Shown here piece after piece: positions 1-13,005 of a DNA stretch of 64,000 nt; positions within the stretch are counted from its first letter, which is position 1; each line of letters begins with the position of its first letter. Made by a program: the position numbers and the translations under genes. The stretch comes from Chiloscyllium plagiosum (taxonomy: Eukaryota), in assembly GCF_004010195.1 (NCBI RefSeq), contig NC_057719.1, positions 48,405,896 through 48,469,895 on the forward strand. Direction: 5' to 3'. The notes under the pieces were generated by a model. The model saw nothing but the letters and a program-made list of their open reading frames with translations. It did not search any database and was not told the origin of the DNA.

Positions 1-200
1 AGTCCTGCTCTGATTTGCCTTTCCAAAATGCAGCACCTCACATTTACCTAAATTAAACTCCCATCTGCCACTCCTTAGCCCATTGGCCCATCTGATCAAG
101 ATCCCATCGTACTTTGAGGTAACCTTCTTTGCTGTCCACTACAGTTTGAATTTTAGTGTCATTTGCAAACTTAACTAACTATACCTCCTATGTTCACATC
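1..200 (-). mobile_element. CR1 LINE RT fragment (runs off window start)
   Basis: Reverse strand encodes frameshifted FANDTKI...RDLDQMGQWAKEWQM..FNLGKCEVLHFGKANQSR, homologous to the CR1 at 55510-55680. Confidence 0.85.
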
Positions 201-414
201 GACTTGGAGGTGCCTGTGTTGGACTGGGGTGGAAAAAGTTAAAAATTATACAACACCAGGTAATAGTCCAACAGGTTTATTTGGAAGCACTAGTTTTCAG
301 AGCGCTGCTCCTTCACCAGGTGGAGAACCACCTGATGAAGGGGCGGTGCTCCAAAAGCTAGTACTTCCAAATAAACCTGCTGGACTATAACTTGGTGTTG
401 TGTGGTTTTTAACA
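201..414. mobile_element. Palindromic PLE-terminus insertion with degenerate hammerhead motifs
   Basis: 238-413 is a ~175-bp imperfect inverted repeat centred near 325. Flanked by atgttcacatc (190-200) and atgctcacatc (415-425). Same family as 14228-14425. Confidence 0.8.
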
Positions 415-898
415 ATGCTCACATCCAAATTATTCTGTCTTTGTCCATTTTGATAATTATATTAACACTAACTGACTTATGATCATTACCATCAACATGT
501 GCTCCAATTGCCTCTTATTCCACCTAAAACTAAGTATGAGCCTATGCTCTCTCTTGCTGGGCTTCCTACATAATGTAACTCAATTCCTACAGACCAAAAC
601 TAACCCAATTAATATTAGGATGGTTAAAATCTTCTATCAGTATCCTATTCTTTATTTTTTATTTGAAAATTGCGTACATTTTTTTGCTCTTCTATCTCTT
701 TGACTGTTCAGGCATCTATCATACACTCCCAGCAGTTCCTTATGGCCTCATCTAACACATTGTCTCTTCTAATAACTGTAATTGTTTCTTTGTCCAAAAT
801 TGTTATCCCCTATCTATCATGCCTGAAAATTCCAACCAGGACCATTGAGCTAATTCTGTCCTCTTTAAGACCTATTTCTGCAACAGCCATGAAATCAT

Positions 899-1081
899 CC
901 GAGGAGCAGGAGAACCGACATTTCAGACATAAGCCCTTCATAAGCCCATCATTCCTGATTAAAGGCTCATGCCCGAAACATTGATTCTCCTGCTCCTCGG
1001 ATACTGGCTGGCCTGCTGTGATTTTCTAGCCCCTCAGTCTTGACTCTGATACACCAGCATCTGCAGTCCTTACTTTCTCCT
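899..1081 (+). mobile_element. PLE terminal fragment with short inverted 5' part
   Basis: attcctgattaaaggctcatgcccgaaac...ccagcatctgcagtccttactttctcct, preceded by an inverted partial copy. TSD agccatga(a/t)atcat at 885-898 and 1082-1095. Confidence 0.8.
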
Positions 1082-2132
1082 AGCCATGATATCATACAGA
1101 GCCAGGTCATGTCCTCTGGAGATCGCATATGAGTGCACCTCTTGTGGCCATCAGTCATGAGATGGGACTTGATAGCCATAGAACATAGAACAGTATAGAC
1201 CTGGCCCTTGATGTTGGCCCGACCTTTTATCCTACTCTAAGATCAAACTAACCTACATACCCTTCATTTTACTGTCATCCATCTGCCTATCCAAGAATCA
1301 CTTAAATGTCCCTAATATATTTGATTCTACTCCCACCACTGGCAGTGCATTCCACACACCCACCAATCTCTATGTAAACAGCCTATCTGACATCTCTCCT
1401 CAACCTTCCTCCAATCACCTTAAAATTATACCGTCTGGGAAAAATGTCTCTGGCTATCCAATCTATCTATGCCTCTCATCATCTTGTACACCTCTATCAA
1501 GTCACCTCTCATCCTTCTTCATCCAGTGAGAAAAGCCTTAGCTGCCTCAACCTTTCTTCATAAGACATGCCCTCCAGTTCAGGCAGCATCCTGGTAAATT
1601 TTGTCTGCACCCTATCTAAAATTTCCTCGTCCTTCCTGTAATGAGGTGACCAGAACTGAACACAATTTTTTCCAAGTGTAGTCTAACCAAGGCTCTATGG
1701 AGCTGCAGCATAACCTCGCGGTTCTTAAACTCAATCCTCCAGCTAATGAAAGCCAACACACCATATGCCTTCTTAACAACCCTATCAACTTGGGTGGCAA
1801 CTTTGAGGGATCTATGAACATGGACCCCAAGATCCCTCGGTACAAAGAATCCTGCCTTTAACCCTGTAATCTGCATTCAAATTTGACCTTCCATTACTCA
1901 CTTCACACTTTTCCAGATTGAACTCCATGTACCACTTCTCAGCCCAGTTCTGTATCCTGTCAATGTCCCGTCGCAACCGACAACAGCCTTCCATACTATC
2001 CACAACTCCACCAACCTTTGTATCATCTGTAAACAGCTAATTCTATATAAAGACAGCCAAATTCCCCTGTATCCCATGCCTCCTTATTTTCTGAATGAGC
2101 CTACCATGGGGAACCTTATCTAACACCTTGCT

Positions 2133-2257
2133 TTTCCTGATAAAGGGCTTTTTCCCGAAACGTTGATTTTCCTGCTCCTCGGATGCTGCCTGAACTGCTG
2201 TGCTTTTCCAGCACCACTCTATTCCAGAATCTGGTTTCCAGCATCTGCAGTCATTGT
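2133..2257 (+). mobile_element. PLE terminal fragment nested in CR1
   Basis: ttcctgataaagggctttttcccgaaacgttg...ccagcatctgcagtc, homologous to 7196-7295 and 13010-13140. Confidence 0.8.
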
Positions 2258-2570
2258 TTAGATTAGATTACTTACAGTGTGGAAACAGGCCCTTCGGCCC
2301 AACAAGTCCACACCGCCCCGCCGAAGCGCAACCCACCCATACCCCTACATTTACCCCTTACCTAACACTACGGGCAATTTAGCATGGCCAATTCACCTGA
2401 CCTGCACATCTTTGGACTGTGGGAGGAAACTGGAGCACCCGGAGGAAACCCACGCAGACACGGGGAGAACGTGCAAACTCCACACAGTCAGTCGCCTGAG
2501 ACGGGTATTGAACCCGGGTCTCTGGCGCTGTGAGGCAGCAGTGCTAACCACTGTGCCACCGTGCTGCCCA
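2258..2570 (-). mobile_element. tRNA-derived SINE (HE1/V-SINE-like)
   Basis: Minus strand starts gggcagcacggtggcacagtggttagcactgctgcctcacagc, with box A (tggcacagtgg) and box B (ggttcaatacc), and ends in a (taatc)n tail. Three more copies in the window. Confidence 0.9.
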
Positions 2571-3984
2571 CAAATCTACCTAAAATCCACATACATCACA
2601 TCCACTGCTCGACCTTCATCAATGTGTTTTGTCACATCTTCAAAGAATTCAGTAAGGTTTGTGCAACATGACCTGTCCCCCTCAAAGCCATGCTGACTAT
2701 CTCTAATCAAACTATGCTTTTCTGATCAATCATAAATCTTATCTCTCAGAATCCTTTCCGATAATTTGCCCACTACCGATGTAAGACTGACAGGTCTATA
2801 ATTCCTAGGGTTATATCTATTCCCTTTCTTGAACAAGGGAATAATATTTGCGATCCTCCAATCATCTGGTAGTACTCTAGTGGACAGAGAGGATGCAAAG
2901 GTCGGCGCCAAAGGCATAGCAATCTTTTGCCTCGTTTCCCATAGTACCCTTGGATATATCCCATCTGGCCCAGGCTGAAAAACATCCAGCCTCATGTTTT
3001 TCAAAATTTCCAGCACATCCTTCGTAATGTCAACCTGTTCGAGCATATTAGCCTGCTTCACATCTGTCCTCACAATCGACAAGGTCCCTCTCACTAGTGA
3101 ATAATGAAGCAAAGTATTCATTAAGGGCCACCCTTATCTCCCTCCACTATCCCTGATCAACCCTACCCTCACTCTAGCCATTCTCTTGTTCCTCACATAA
3201 GTGTAGAATGCTTTGGGGTTCTGCCAAGCCTTTTTCATGCCCCTTCCAGCTCTCCTAAATCCATTCTTCAGTTCTTTCCTGGCTACCTTGTAACCCTCCA
3301 CAGCTGTGTCTGATCCTTGTTTCCTCAACCTTAAGTAAGCTTCCTTCTCCCTCTTGACTAGATGTTTCATATCTCTTTGTCATCCATGGTTCCTTCACCC
3401 TCCCATCCCTTCCTTGCCTCAGTGGGACAAACCTATCTAGCACTTGTAGCAAGTGCTCCCTAAACAGCCTCCACACTTTTGTCATGCATTTCCCTGAGAA
3501 CTTCTGTTCCCAATTTATGCTACACAGTTTCTGCCTAATAGCATCCCATAGCCATAGCAACTCTGGCCCAGAAATTAGGATGTGAGAGCAAATCACAGGA
3601 AGCTGTCACATTCTATTCCCTATAAACGTGAGATTACTTAAAACTTTATTGTCTGCGTCTTAACTTGCATAAAGTCACTTCTCACCACTCTATTCGCCAA
3701 ATTTTGTTGATTCGTGGTAATGTGGTGTCTTTATTTTAAAATAATCATTCATGTTTTTATATTCATGGCCTTGTTCCTCCCTATCTGTGTAATCTTGAAC
3801 CCCACAATCCTTAGATCTGTGTTTATTTAATTCTGGGCTCTTCTACAGTTGGTATCTGTACCTTAATTGCCATGGCTCTGACTTTGCTTTCCTCTTTTAG
3901 AATGTTCTCTAAAACCTAATTCTTTGACTAAGCTTTTGGTCATTTGACTAATGGACTGAATTTAACAGACATGGCTGTGATTCT

Positions 3985-5328
3985 AGATAGACGTGGGTAC
4001 TGCAGATGCTGGAGATCAGAGTCAAGATTAGAGTGGTGCTGGAAAAGCACAACAGGTCAGGCAGTGTCTGAGGAGCAGGAAAAATCGATGTTTCAGGCAA
4101 AAACCCTTCATCAGGAATGAGGCTCGGAGCCTCAGGGACGGAGAGATAAAGTGGAAGGGAGGGGTGTGTGTGTGTGGGGCTGGAGCTGGGGAGAAGGTAT
4201 CTGAGAGTGCAGTGGGTGATGTGTCAGAGAGGAGGGTGGAGCGGATAGGTGGGACAGTAGATTGACAGGTGGGACAGATCAGGAGGATGGTGCTGAGCTG
4301 GAAGGTTGGAACTGGGGTAAGATGGGGGTAGGGGAAATGAGGAAACTGGTGAAATCCACATTGATGCCATGGGGTTGAAGGGACCCGAGGCGGAAGATGA
4401 GGCATAGGGTGGTGAGGGAGTGGCAGAGGAGGAGGCCCAGAACTTGCATGTCCTCGGGAGAGTGGGAGGGAGAGGTGAAATATTCGCCACGGGCGGTGTT
4501 GATTGGTGCGAGTGTCCCAGAGATGTTCTCTGAAGCACTCTGCGAGAAGGCATCTCGTCTCCCCAATGTAGAGGAGACCGCATCGGAAGCAACAGATACA
4601 ATAAATGACAAGTATATTCCTGGTGGTGGGGTCCGTTTGGAGGTGGCGGAAATGTTGGCAGATGATGTGATTTATGCGGAGGTTGGTGGATTGGAAGGTG
4701 AAGACCATGGGGGTTCTGTCCTTGTTGCAGTTGGAGGGGTGGGGTTCGAGGGCGGAAGTGCGGGACATGGATGAGATGCGTTTGCAGGCATCTTCAACCA
4801 CATGGGAGGGGAGGTTCCGGTCTTTAAAGGAGGAAGCCATTTGGTATGTTCTGTGGTAGGACTCGTCCTCCTGGAAGCAGATGCGGTGGAGGCGGAGAAG
4901 TTGGGAATACGGGATAGCAATTTTGCAGGAGGTAGGGTAGGAGGAGATGTAATCCAGGTAACTGTGGAAGTCGGTGGGGTTTGTAAAAAAACGTCAGTGT
5001 TGAGTTGGTCATCGTTGATGACGATTGAGAGGTCCAGGAAGGGGAGGGAAGTGTCAGAGATGGTCCAGGTGAATTTAAGGTCAGGGTGGAATTTGTTGGT
5101 GAAGTTGATGAACTGTTCAACCTCCTTGTGGGAGCACGAGATGGTACCGATCCAGTCATCAATGTAGCGGAGGAATAAGTGGGGAGAAGTGCCGGTGTAA
5201 CTCTGGAAGATGGACTGTTCTACATAGCCGATGGAGGGACAGGCAAAACTGGGGCCCATGCAGATGCCCCTTTCGTCTGAAAGAAGTGGGAGGATTCAAA
5301 GGAGTAATTGTTGAGGGTGAGGACCAGT
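3985..5328 (-). mobile_element. Penelope-like element, inverted arm (RT C-terminal part, GIY-YIG endonuclease, 3' terminal repeat)
   Basis: ORFs contain MGPSFAC, FLRYIDD, LPFLDL and YCICCFRCGLLYIGET; frameshifted. Confidence 0.92.
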
Positions 5329-7296
5329 CACAGAGTGCCTCAACCTGTCCACCCCCCCCCCCCCCCCCCCCCCCCCCACTCTCACCCTCACAACACACAG
5401 CCCTCCACTCCCTCTGCTGCAACCCCAACTTCACCATCAAACCAGCGGACAAAGGGAGTGCAGTGATAGTTTGGCACACTGTCCTCTACACTGCCGAAGC
5501 TAGGCGCCAACTTGAAGACACCTCCTCCTAACGCCCCCTAACCATGACCTCACCCCCCATCACCAAACTATCATCTCCCAGACCATCCACAACCTCATCA
5601 CCTCAGGGGATCTCCCACCCACAGCTTCCAACCTCATAGTTCGGGAACCCTGCACCACCCGATTCTATCTCCTACCCAAAATCCACAAGCCTATCTGTCC
5701 TGGCTGACCCATCGTCTTAGTCTGCTCCTGCCCCAACGAATTCATCTCCACCTATCTCGAGACTGTCCTATCACCCCAGTCCAGGAACTCCCCACATACG
5801 TTTGGGAAACCACCCATGCCCTCCACCTCCTCCAAAACCATTGTTTCCCTGGCCCCCAACACCTCATCTTCACCATGGATATCCAGTCCCTCTACACCTC
5901 CATCTGCCATGACCAGGGCCTCTGAGACCTCTGTTCCTTCCTCTCCCGATGTACCCACCAGTACTCTTCCACTGACACACTCATTCGTTTGGCTGAACTG
6001 GTCCTCACCTTCAACAATTTCTCCTTTGAATCCTCCCACTTCCACCTGACGAAAGGGGTAGCTATGGGTACCTGAATGGACACCAGCTATTCCTGTTTCT
6101 TTGTCGGCTATGTAGAACAGACTCATCTTCCGGAGTTACACCAGCACCAGTCCCCATCTTTTCCTCCGCTACATTGATGACTGCATTGGCGCCACCTCTT
6201 GCTCCCACGAAGAGGTTGTACAGTTCATCAACTTTACCACATTCCACACCGACTTAAAGTTCACCTGAATATCTCAAAATCTCTGACACCTCCCTCCGCT
6301 TCCTGGACTCTGCATCTCCATCAACGATGACTGACTCAACACTGACGTTTTTTACAAACCCACTGACTCCCACAGCTACCTGGATTATACCTCCTCCCAT
6401 CCTACCTCCTGCAAAAATGCTATCCCTTATTCCCAACTTCTTCGCCACCGCCGCATCTGCTCTCAGGAGGACCAATTCCACCACAGAACACACCAGATGG
6501 CCTCCTCCTTTAAAGACTGGAATCTCCCCTCCCATGTGGTTGAAGATGCCGTCCAATGCATCTCATCCATGTCCCGCACCTCTGCCCTTGAACCCCACCC
6601 CTCTAACCGCAACAAGGATAGAACCCCCCATGGTCCTCACCTTTCACCCCACCAATAAATCACATCATCTGCCAACATTTCCGCCACCTCCAAACGGACC
6701 CCATCACCAGGATGTATTCCACTCCCCATCCCTAACCGCTTTCCACAATGATCATTCCCTCTGCGACTACCTAGTCAAGTCCATGCCCCCCCAACAACCT
6801 ACCCTCCCCTCCCAGCACCTTCCCCTGCCACAGCAGGTGCGTAAGACATGCAGGTCCTGGGCCTCCTCCACAGCCACTCCCTCACCACCTGATGCCTCGA
6901 GGAAGAACACCTCATCTTCCCCCTCAGGACAGTTCAACCCCATGGCATCAATGTGGACTTCACCAGTTTCCTCATTTCCCCTCCCCCCACCTTACTCCAG
7001 TTCCAACCTTCTCGCTCAGCACCATCCTCATGACCTGTCATACCTATCAATTTTCCTTCCCAACTATCTGCTCCACCCTCCTCTCCGACTTATCACCTTC
7101 ACCCCCACCTCCATTCACCTATTGCACTCTCAGCTACCATCTCCCCAGCCCCATCCCCCTCCCCCTCCCATTTATCTCTCCACCCTGAGGCTCCCATTCC
7201 TGATGAAGGGCTTTTGCCCGAAACGTCGAATTTTTGTTTTTACCCTGCTCTTCAGATGCTCCCTGATCTGCTGTGCTTTTCAAGCACTTCTCTAAT
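5329..7296 (+). mobile_element. Penelope-like element, forward arm (RT, partly deleted endonuclease, 3' terminal repeat)
   Basis: TIKPADKGSAVIV (ORF 5286-5531), LRYIDD at ~6164-6182, terminal hammerhead motif at 7196-7231; many stops and frameshifts. Confidence 0.92.
7196..7231 (+). ncRNA. Minimal type I hammerhead ribozyme motif (PLE-associated), core intact
   Basis: ATTC-CTGATGA-A-GGGC-TTTT-GCCC-GAAA-CG-TC-GAAT: stem I ATTC/GAAT, CUGAUGA box, 4-bp stem II, GAAA, self-complementary ACGU helix III and a UC cleavage site. Confidence 0.8.
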
Positions 7297-7954
7297 CATG
7301 GCTGTTGTTCTGTCCACTGTCCGGAAGGTTGCAGGCAAACCACAATGGCCATATCGAAATGTCCTGAAATTGCATGGCCATCAGTTAGTTAATCGCCCAG
7401 CATCAGGGTTTGCATCTGGAATCATCAAAGGTTCCATCTGTTATAGCTATGGCAAACAACTTTTTAGTCTGAGCCATTGCACTGGAAGTGGAGCTGTTGC
7501 TGTGACTGTAGTGGAGTTGGCTGAGACCTTGAATGAAAGAACTTTGTGGGGCTTGACTGGCCCAGTCAGGGCAGCGAATGGAGAGGCTGGGAAGATGCTT
7601 TGTTAAAGAAATGTAGGAACTTTCCCTGGGTATGATCCTTGCTGTTGGTGCTCCTTCTGTGGCCATCGGGAAGGCTTGAACCCACGAGGAATCTGTTAGC
7701 TTTTACTGTTTGGTCTCTCCAGTTGATACATATTCTACCAGTGGCACAGGGTGAGGCTTTACATGTTATCCCTTTTGTATATTCATACATTCATGATAGT
7801 ATGAATGTGTGAAGGACAGCCTCTGGTTTATGAGGCATGCTGGTCTGTTGCATTACCCCAGACAATTCTATTTCCACTTAAGTTGTGTTAATTGCTGTTC
7901 ATTCAGTTTGAGCCTTGCAGATTTGGAGGTTTGTTTTTTTTTTCAAAAAATTAT

Positions 7955-8145
7955 TCATTTTGATGGATGTGGGTGTTGCTGGTTGGCCAGCATTTATTGC
8001 CAGCCCCGAGTTGCCCTTGAGAAGGTGGTGGTGGCCTTCTTGAACCGCTGCAGTCCACCTGCTATGCGTTGACTCACAATGCTAATAGGGAGGGAATTCT
8101 AGAGTTTTGACCTAGCGACAGTGAAGGAATGCCAAGATATTTCCA
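7955..8145 (-). mobile_element. 3' end of second CR1-group LINE family
   Basis: ggccagcatttattgcc...cccttgagaaggtggtgg is the reverse complement of the 3' ends at ~24350-24425 and ~46470-46545. Confidence 0.7.
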
Positions 8146-8196
8146 ATATATACTGATATATTGATGGTTGAGAAGCAACTTGGCATATTCTTGGTA

Positions 8197-8414
8197 CAGT
8201 AGTTCTCACCCTCCCCCCTCCAATTCCAGTGGGGGTACATTTCTAAATCTATCATGGAAAGGAGTGAACACATTCATTTAAATGGGAAATTTACCTTCCC
8301 AGCAGCCCCCTGTCCCTGGTTCTGGAACATTCCTTGTAATATGTTCAGGCCGCAGTAAACCATGGGTAACTGAAACCGTGGAAAACGATTCTGCGGATAC
8401 GGGGGTTGCCCTAC
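8197..8414. mobile_element. Tc1/pogo (Tigger-like) MITE, degenerate
   Basis: ta|cagtagttctcaccc... at the left end and ...tgcggatacgggggttgccctaca|ta at the right; degenerate TIRs in TA context. Confidence 0.5.
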
Positions 8415-9399
8415 ATATCTAAGAATATATTCTACAATTAAACAGGAAAGCTGGTGCTTCAGTTTACCGGTTAATAAATTAATTGGACTTTTTAGTTGGT
8501 ATTATTTTCTCCTTGGTGGATTGATTCCACATCCAAAACACCAAAATGATTTATACTTTAAAGTTGAAATAACTTGCATGAATAGAAAGTTTCCAAGCAT
8601 TTGTGGCCAACCTCCATTTACCTTTCTCCTTAAACTTATAGTCATCTAAACTTCTGCTTGTGAATTAAGTCCTCTTCACACCACTTCTGTACTCACAGAC
8701 CTACATTGGCTCTTAATTTCCAATTGATTCAATTTTTAAATTCTCATCCTGGTGCTCAAGCCCCTTCATGGCTTTGGCCCTTTCTACCTTGATTCTCTTC
8801 CAGCTCTACAAACCGCTAGAAACTCTGCTTTTCTCTAATTGTAGCGTCATGCCTGTCTCTCACATCTGTCGTCAGTCATGACTTAAGCAATGTATGCCCT
8901 ATTTTCATCCGTTAGCCTTTCTTCCACTCTCCCTGTTCCTCCTCTTTAAATAGGTTTGAAAATACTTGCTTCATTAACCTAACTTTTGGTCACCTGTGTA
9001 AATGTCTCCATTGACTTGGTGTTAATTTTGTCTGATAATGCTTCTGTGGAATGACCTTTCATAAGGGTGGTTATATAATTACAACTTGTCATGTAATCTG
9101 ATCATCAAGATATACAATGTGCATTAAAACCCAAAAAGGCGAATTCCTTCAACCAGTCAAGACTTAACAGAACATATTGCATGAAGCAAATTCCAAGAAT
9201 ATTCACTTGACTTTTATGACATTTGACTTATTACTCTCCAGACCTCCACGTACTCTTCCTGCACTACCTAGACTGATATTCCCAATAATTAGTTTTCAAA
9301 AAATATTTGGAAGTTAACATTATCTGCTTTGAATGGGACAATAAAAAAGACATCTGAAATGAAAGAAAACTTTGAAACTTTCAAGAGACTGCTCAGCAC

Positions 9400-9925
9400 A
9401 GTGTCATACAGCTGTACAGCATAGAGACAGACCTTTCGGTCCAACTTGAACATGCCAACCAGATATCCCTATTTGCCAGCATTTGTCCCATATCCATCTA
9501 AACCCTTCCTATTCATGTACCCATCCAGATGCCTTTTAAATGTTATAATTGTATCAGCCTCCACCATGTCCTTTGGCAGCTCATTCCATTCATGCACCAC
9601 CCTCTGCATGAAAACATTGCTCCTTAGGTCTCTTTTAAATCTTTACCACCCTCCTCTGTCTCCTACCTTCGAGCCAGTTCTGAATCCAAATGGCTAGTTC
9701 TCCGTGTATTCCATGTGATATAACGTTATTAACCAGCCTACCATGTGGAATCTTATCGAATGCCTTTTTGAAGTCCATATAGATCACGTCCACTGCTTTG
9801 CCTTCATCAGTTCTCCTTGTTACTTCTTCAAAAAACTCAATCAAGTTAGTGAGACATGACTTGCATGCACAAAGCCACGTTGACTATTCTTAATCAATCC
9901 TTGACTTTCCAAACATGTGTAAATC
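9400..9925 (-). mobile_element. CR1 LINE fragment with internal deletion
   Basis: AVDVIYMDFKKAFDKIPHGRL (ORF 9635-9844) joined directly to the CR1 3' end. Confidence 0.85.
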
Positions 9926-11640
9926 CATTTGTGGAGGAAGGAAAGTAATTAATGTCTTAGTAATCTAGCCTTTTATAGGAAGGGTTCTACTGAAGTGTTA
10001 TGTATCTGATTTTGTTTTTTTTTCTACATTAACCTCTTTCACCAGGTGTCTCTGTCTCAAATAGCAGTAAAACTACTAGTAATATAAATAATTGTATTAA
10101 TTTTATTTCCTTTTGTAACTTCTCATGGGTGTCCTAACATAAATGTCTCTTTGTTCATTGTTCTACCGTTAAATAGCTATCCTGTGCTTCGAGCCTGAGG
10201 TGGAATACAAAAATCACATTTTTAGTTTTGCATTTTCAGTATAGTGTTAGGAATTCTCTACTATTAAATAAATAAATGTAGCTTTACAAGTAATTTGTAG
10301 TACAAATGTAGTAGTAGTACAAATGTAGTTTTTGTCCCCTCCTAATAATTTAAATAAAGAATGTGGATCTTGATCCACCCTTCATTGTTTATGGTAATTC
10401 ACAGTAGGATAAGCAGTTAAAATTCTTAACTCATGTTGCAACTTGCAAGTCTGCTTTGGATACAAAATTGAATTTAAATCAAAAATGCTATTCTCTTGTA
10501 ACCAAATTTGTTATCCTTTAAAATCAGCAGTCTAAACATTCAAGTTATATATCCCCTGGTGCTATAGCAATAAAACTCCTCTGCTATATGAATTGGATTG
10601 TGTAATTTCAAATGTACAAATTTATTCATCTGAGAGGTGCAAAGAAGAGCACCCTGATGAGATTCAGTGGAGACATTCAAAATCATAAGCGGTCTTTAAT
10701 TAAATAAGTATGGAGAAACTCCTTCCTCTGACAAGTAATTTGGTAGCCTTTGGTAGCCTGAGGTCATAGATTAAAAATAACTGACAAAAGAATTAGAAGA
10801 ATAAGATTTATTTTCCACATGGGGCTTTCCACTTTTAATCCTATTTTAAAGGATAGTGAAAACAGATCCCTTAGCAAATTTCAAAAGGTAACTAAACACA
10901 TACTTTCAGGTATGGAAAAAGAGCTGGCTCAGGCATGAAGGGCTAAGTGGGTAAACTCCTTTGTTGTAAGACTTATTTTGTAGATTTTGTGCTAGTAAGA
11001 AAAACAAACTTTGCTGTTTGTGATCCTCGCTCCTGTGCAAATTCTGAGTTTGGAGATGTGTAGCTGATAGTGAAAATCTAGAAGTTTCTGGCAATGATCT
11101 TACATTTCGCCCTAGTGTGTACAGTTGGAATTTACACAGATGTTAATGAATTACAAATCACTGAATTGACAAGAACGTTTCATTTTACACTATAATGTTG
11201 ATGATGGTAGAAACACTTAAAAGAAGTTACATATTTTTCATAAGGTGTAAATGTGTTATGTCATGCCCATTCTTGAATAACCTCTCTGGCAATGAAAACT
11301 TACATTATTACACAAATACAATGTTATCTTTTCATTCTAGTAAATTCTATTGCTTGTAATTTTAGAGTTCGTTTATAAACTTCAGCTTATGTATAAGTCT
11401 CAACCATACTCTGTTAAAATCTAATTAAAAGTGAAGAATGATCACTTTATTTCCTGCTTTTTGTTTAAAAAAAAATTAGCTCTTTGTTCTCCTGTTTACG
11501 GTGCTGTTGCTGGATGCTGGGAGTCCCCATTGAATTGGTTTCAGATTAATGCTTGGAAAGGTGAATTCCATACCATAGAAATGGTCAGATCTTTATGAAC
11601 AGTTTTCTTTAAGGTCAGCAGCGAACACCATCACTTTGCT

Positions 11641-11723
11641 AGGCAAAAGTGAGGACTGCAGATGCTGGAAATCAGAGTTCAGATCAGAGAGGTGCTGGAA
11701 AAGCACAGCAGGTCAGGCAGCAT
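11641..11723 (-). mobile_element. 83-bp PLE extreme-terminus insertion
   Basis: aggcaaaagtgaggactgcagatgctgg...gcaggtcaggcagcat with perfect 12-bp TSD catcactttgct (11629-11640 and 11724-11735). Confidence 0.85.
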
Positions 11724-13005
11724 CATCACTTTGCTGCTGAGCCCAAAATTTGGTGCCTTGATTCTAATTGATGGTGGGCACAGGCTGTGAATGAACTGAT
11801 GAAATTGGAATAGAATGTTGTGATTTTTAAAAAAAAATTCAGAATGGAAGGATACTTTTAAAAAAATTTTAGTTTTATTTTTAACTTGAGTTTAAATATT
11901 ATGAAAATATATTTTTGATCACTTCTACTGAAGTGACCACTTTAAAGGAATATCTTTTATGAGAAAGGCATTGTTTGAGAGGAAATTTAGTTTTTAAGTG
12001 AGTGAACTACTAGTCTGGTGATCTGGCTAAATGGTTCCTATTGAATCTTTGCATTAGGTATGACGTTTTTACGTCAAGCATTAGCTATGTTTTCATCATT
12101 GCTAGTTTATATGGATCCATGCTCTGACAGAAGGGAAAAGCATGGAGTAAATTAAAGCACAATGGAGCATTAGCTGTTGTAAAGATAATTTATAAATGCA
12201 AGTTTCTTTGTAATTATGCTAGTGTGCAGAATTTCTCTTTCCCAGACCTTAGCATGTGGAGGTGTGTGGGGAACTAAGTGGTAAATAGAATGTTTTTGAG
12301 TTATATTGATAACTTCAATTGAGTGATGACTATTTAGGTCTATTGTAAGACTATGTCTGATATTGAGTATAGTATTTTCACAGGTATTTAAACGAATTTT
12401 GAGTTTGAGTCTAGCAACCAAGAATATGGATTCAAAATCTAACATAATATTCAAGTGTTGTAACATTGATGCATGGGCTAATTACAACCTAATTCACTGA
12501 ATAGGAACCCTTTGGATCAAGTGAAACTATGATTTTGAAACCCCACCTCAATTGTGGTAGTAATAATCCATTCTGCCTGTTGAGAAACTGTCAGGATTGG
12601 GGGCAATGTTGGTTCTATACTGCATCCAGTTTTATTCCCCATTGAAGTTAATGGACAACTGTAGACAGGGTGTAAAAGTCAGTATTTCATTTGATTGAAT
12701 GGATTTCCCACATGGCGAGCAGAGTTAAAATGCTTTTATCGTATGAAGTACTGTTTTGTTCAAGAGTTTTGTTTAGTTGTTTAACTAAATCCCTGTGTTT
12801 CATTGTTTAAACGGATTTTTAAAAACGCATAGCATGATTTGAAGAGCTGCATTGTTTCTCCTGGCATACTGTGCATACCAGATGAACTTGTTTTATTGTT
12901 CGTGCCATTTGATTTCGTATAGAATAGCTGCTCCCATTCACTTAGTTGTCAGTGTACATCTAAGAAGTTATTTTTACATGTTTTTGAAAGAGATGATGAG
13001 CTACC

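Larger units (their letters stand above)
1178..3550 (-). mobile_element. Decayed CR1 LINE ORF2 with 3' tail, interrupted by a PLE fragment and a SINE
   Basis: Minus-strand ORFs give PGPDGIYPRVL, DWRIANIIPLFKKGNRYNPRNYRPVSLTSVVGKL and RDIDRIQNWAEKWYMEFNLEKCEV. Tail repeat catagaacatagaac at ~1178. Confidence 0.9.

Noticed and set aside
2490..2570. tRNA gene
   Set aside because: Box A and B belong to a SINE head attached to a SINE body and tail; no full cloverleaf is evident.
5352..5377. Poly-C tract and poly-Pro/Gly ORFs
   Set aside because: Homopolymer expansion of a C run within the PLE; its length is unreliable in assembly.
6327..7295. 322-aa Pro/Thr/Ser-rich ORF as a novel protein
   Set aside because: Mostly an off-frame reading of C-rich PLE sequence.
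10700..10730. aagtatggagaa (KYGE) as PELI2 exon 1
   Set aside because: It continues as KYGETPSS with no LVVLG or donor site and lies in a decayed CR1-like 3' fragment.
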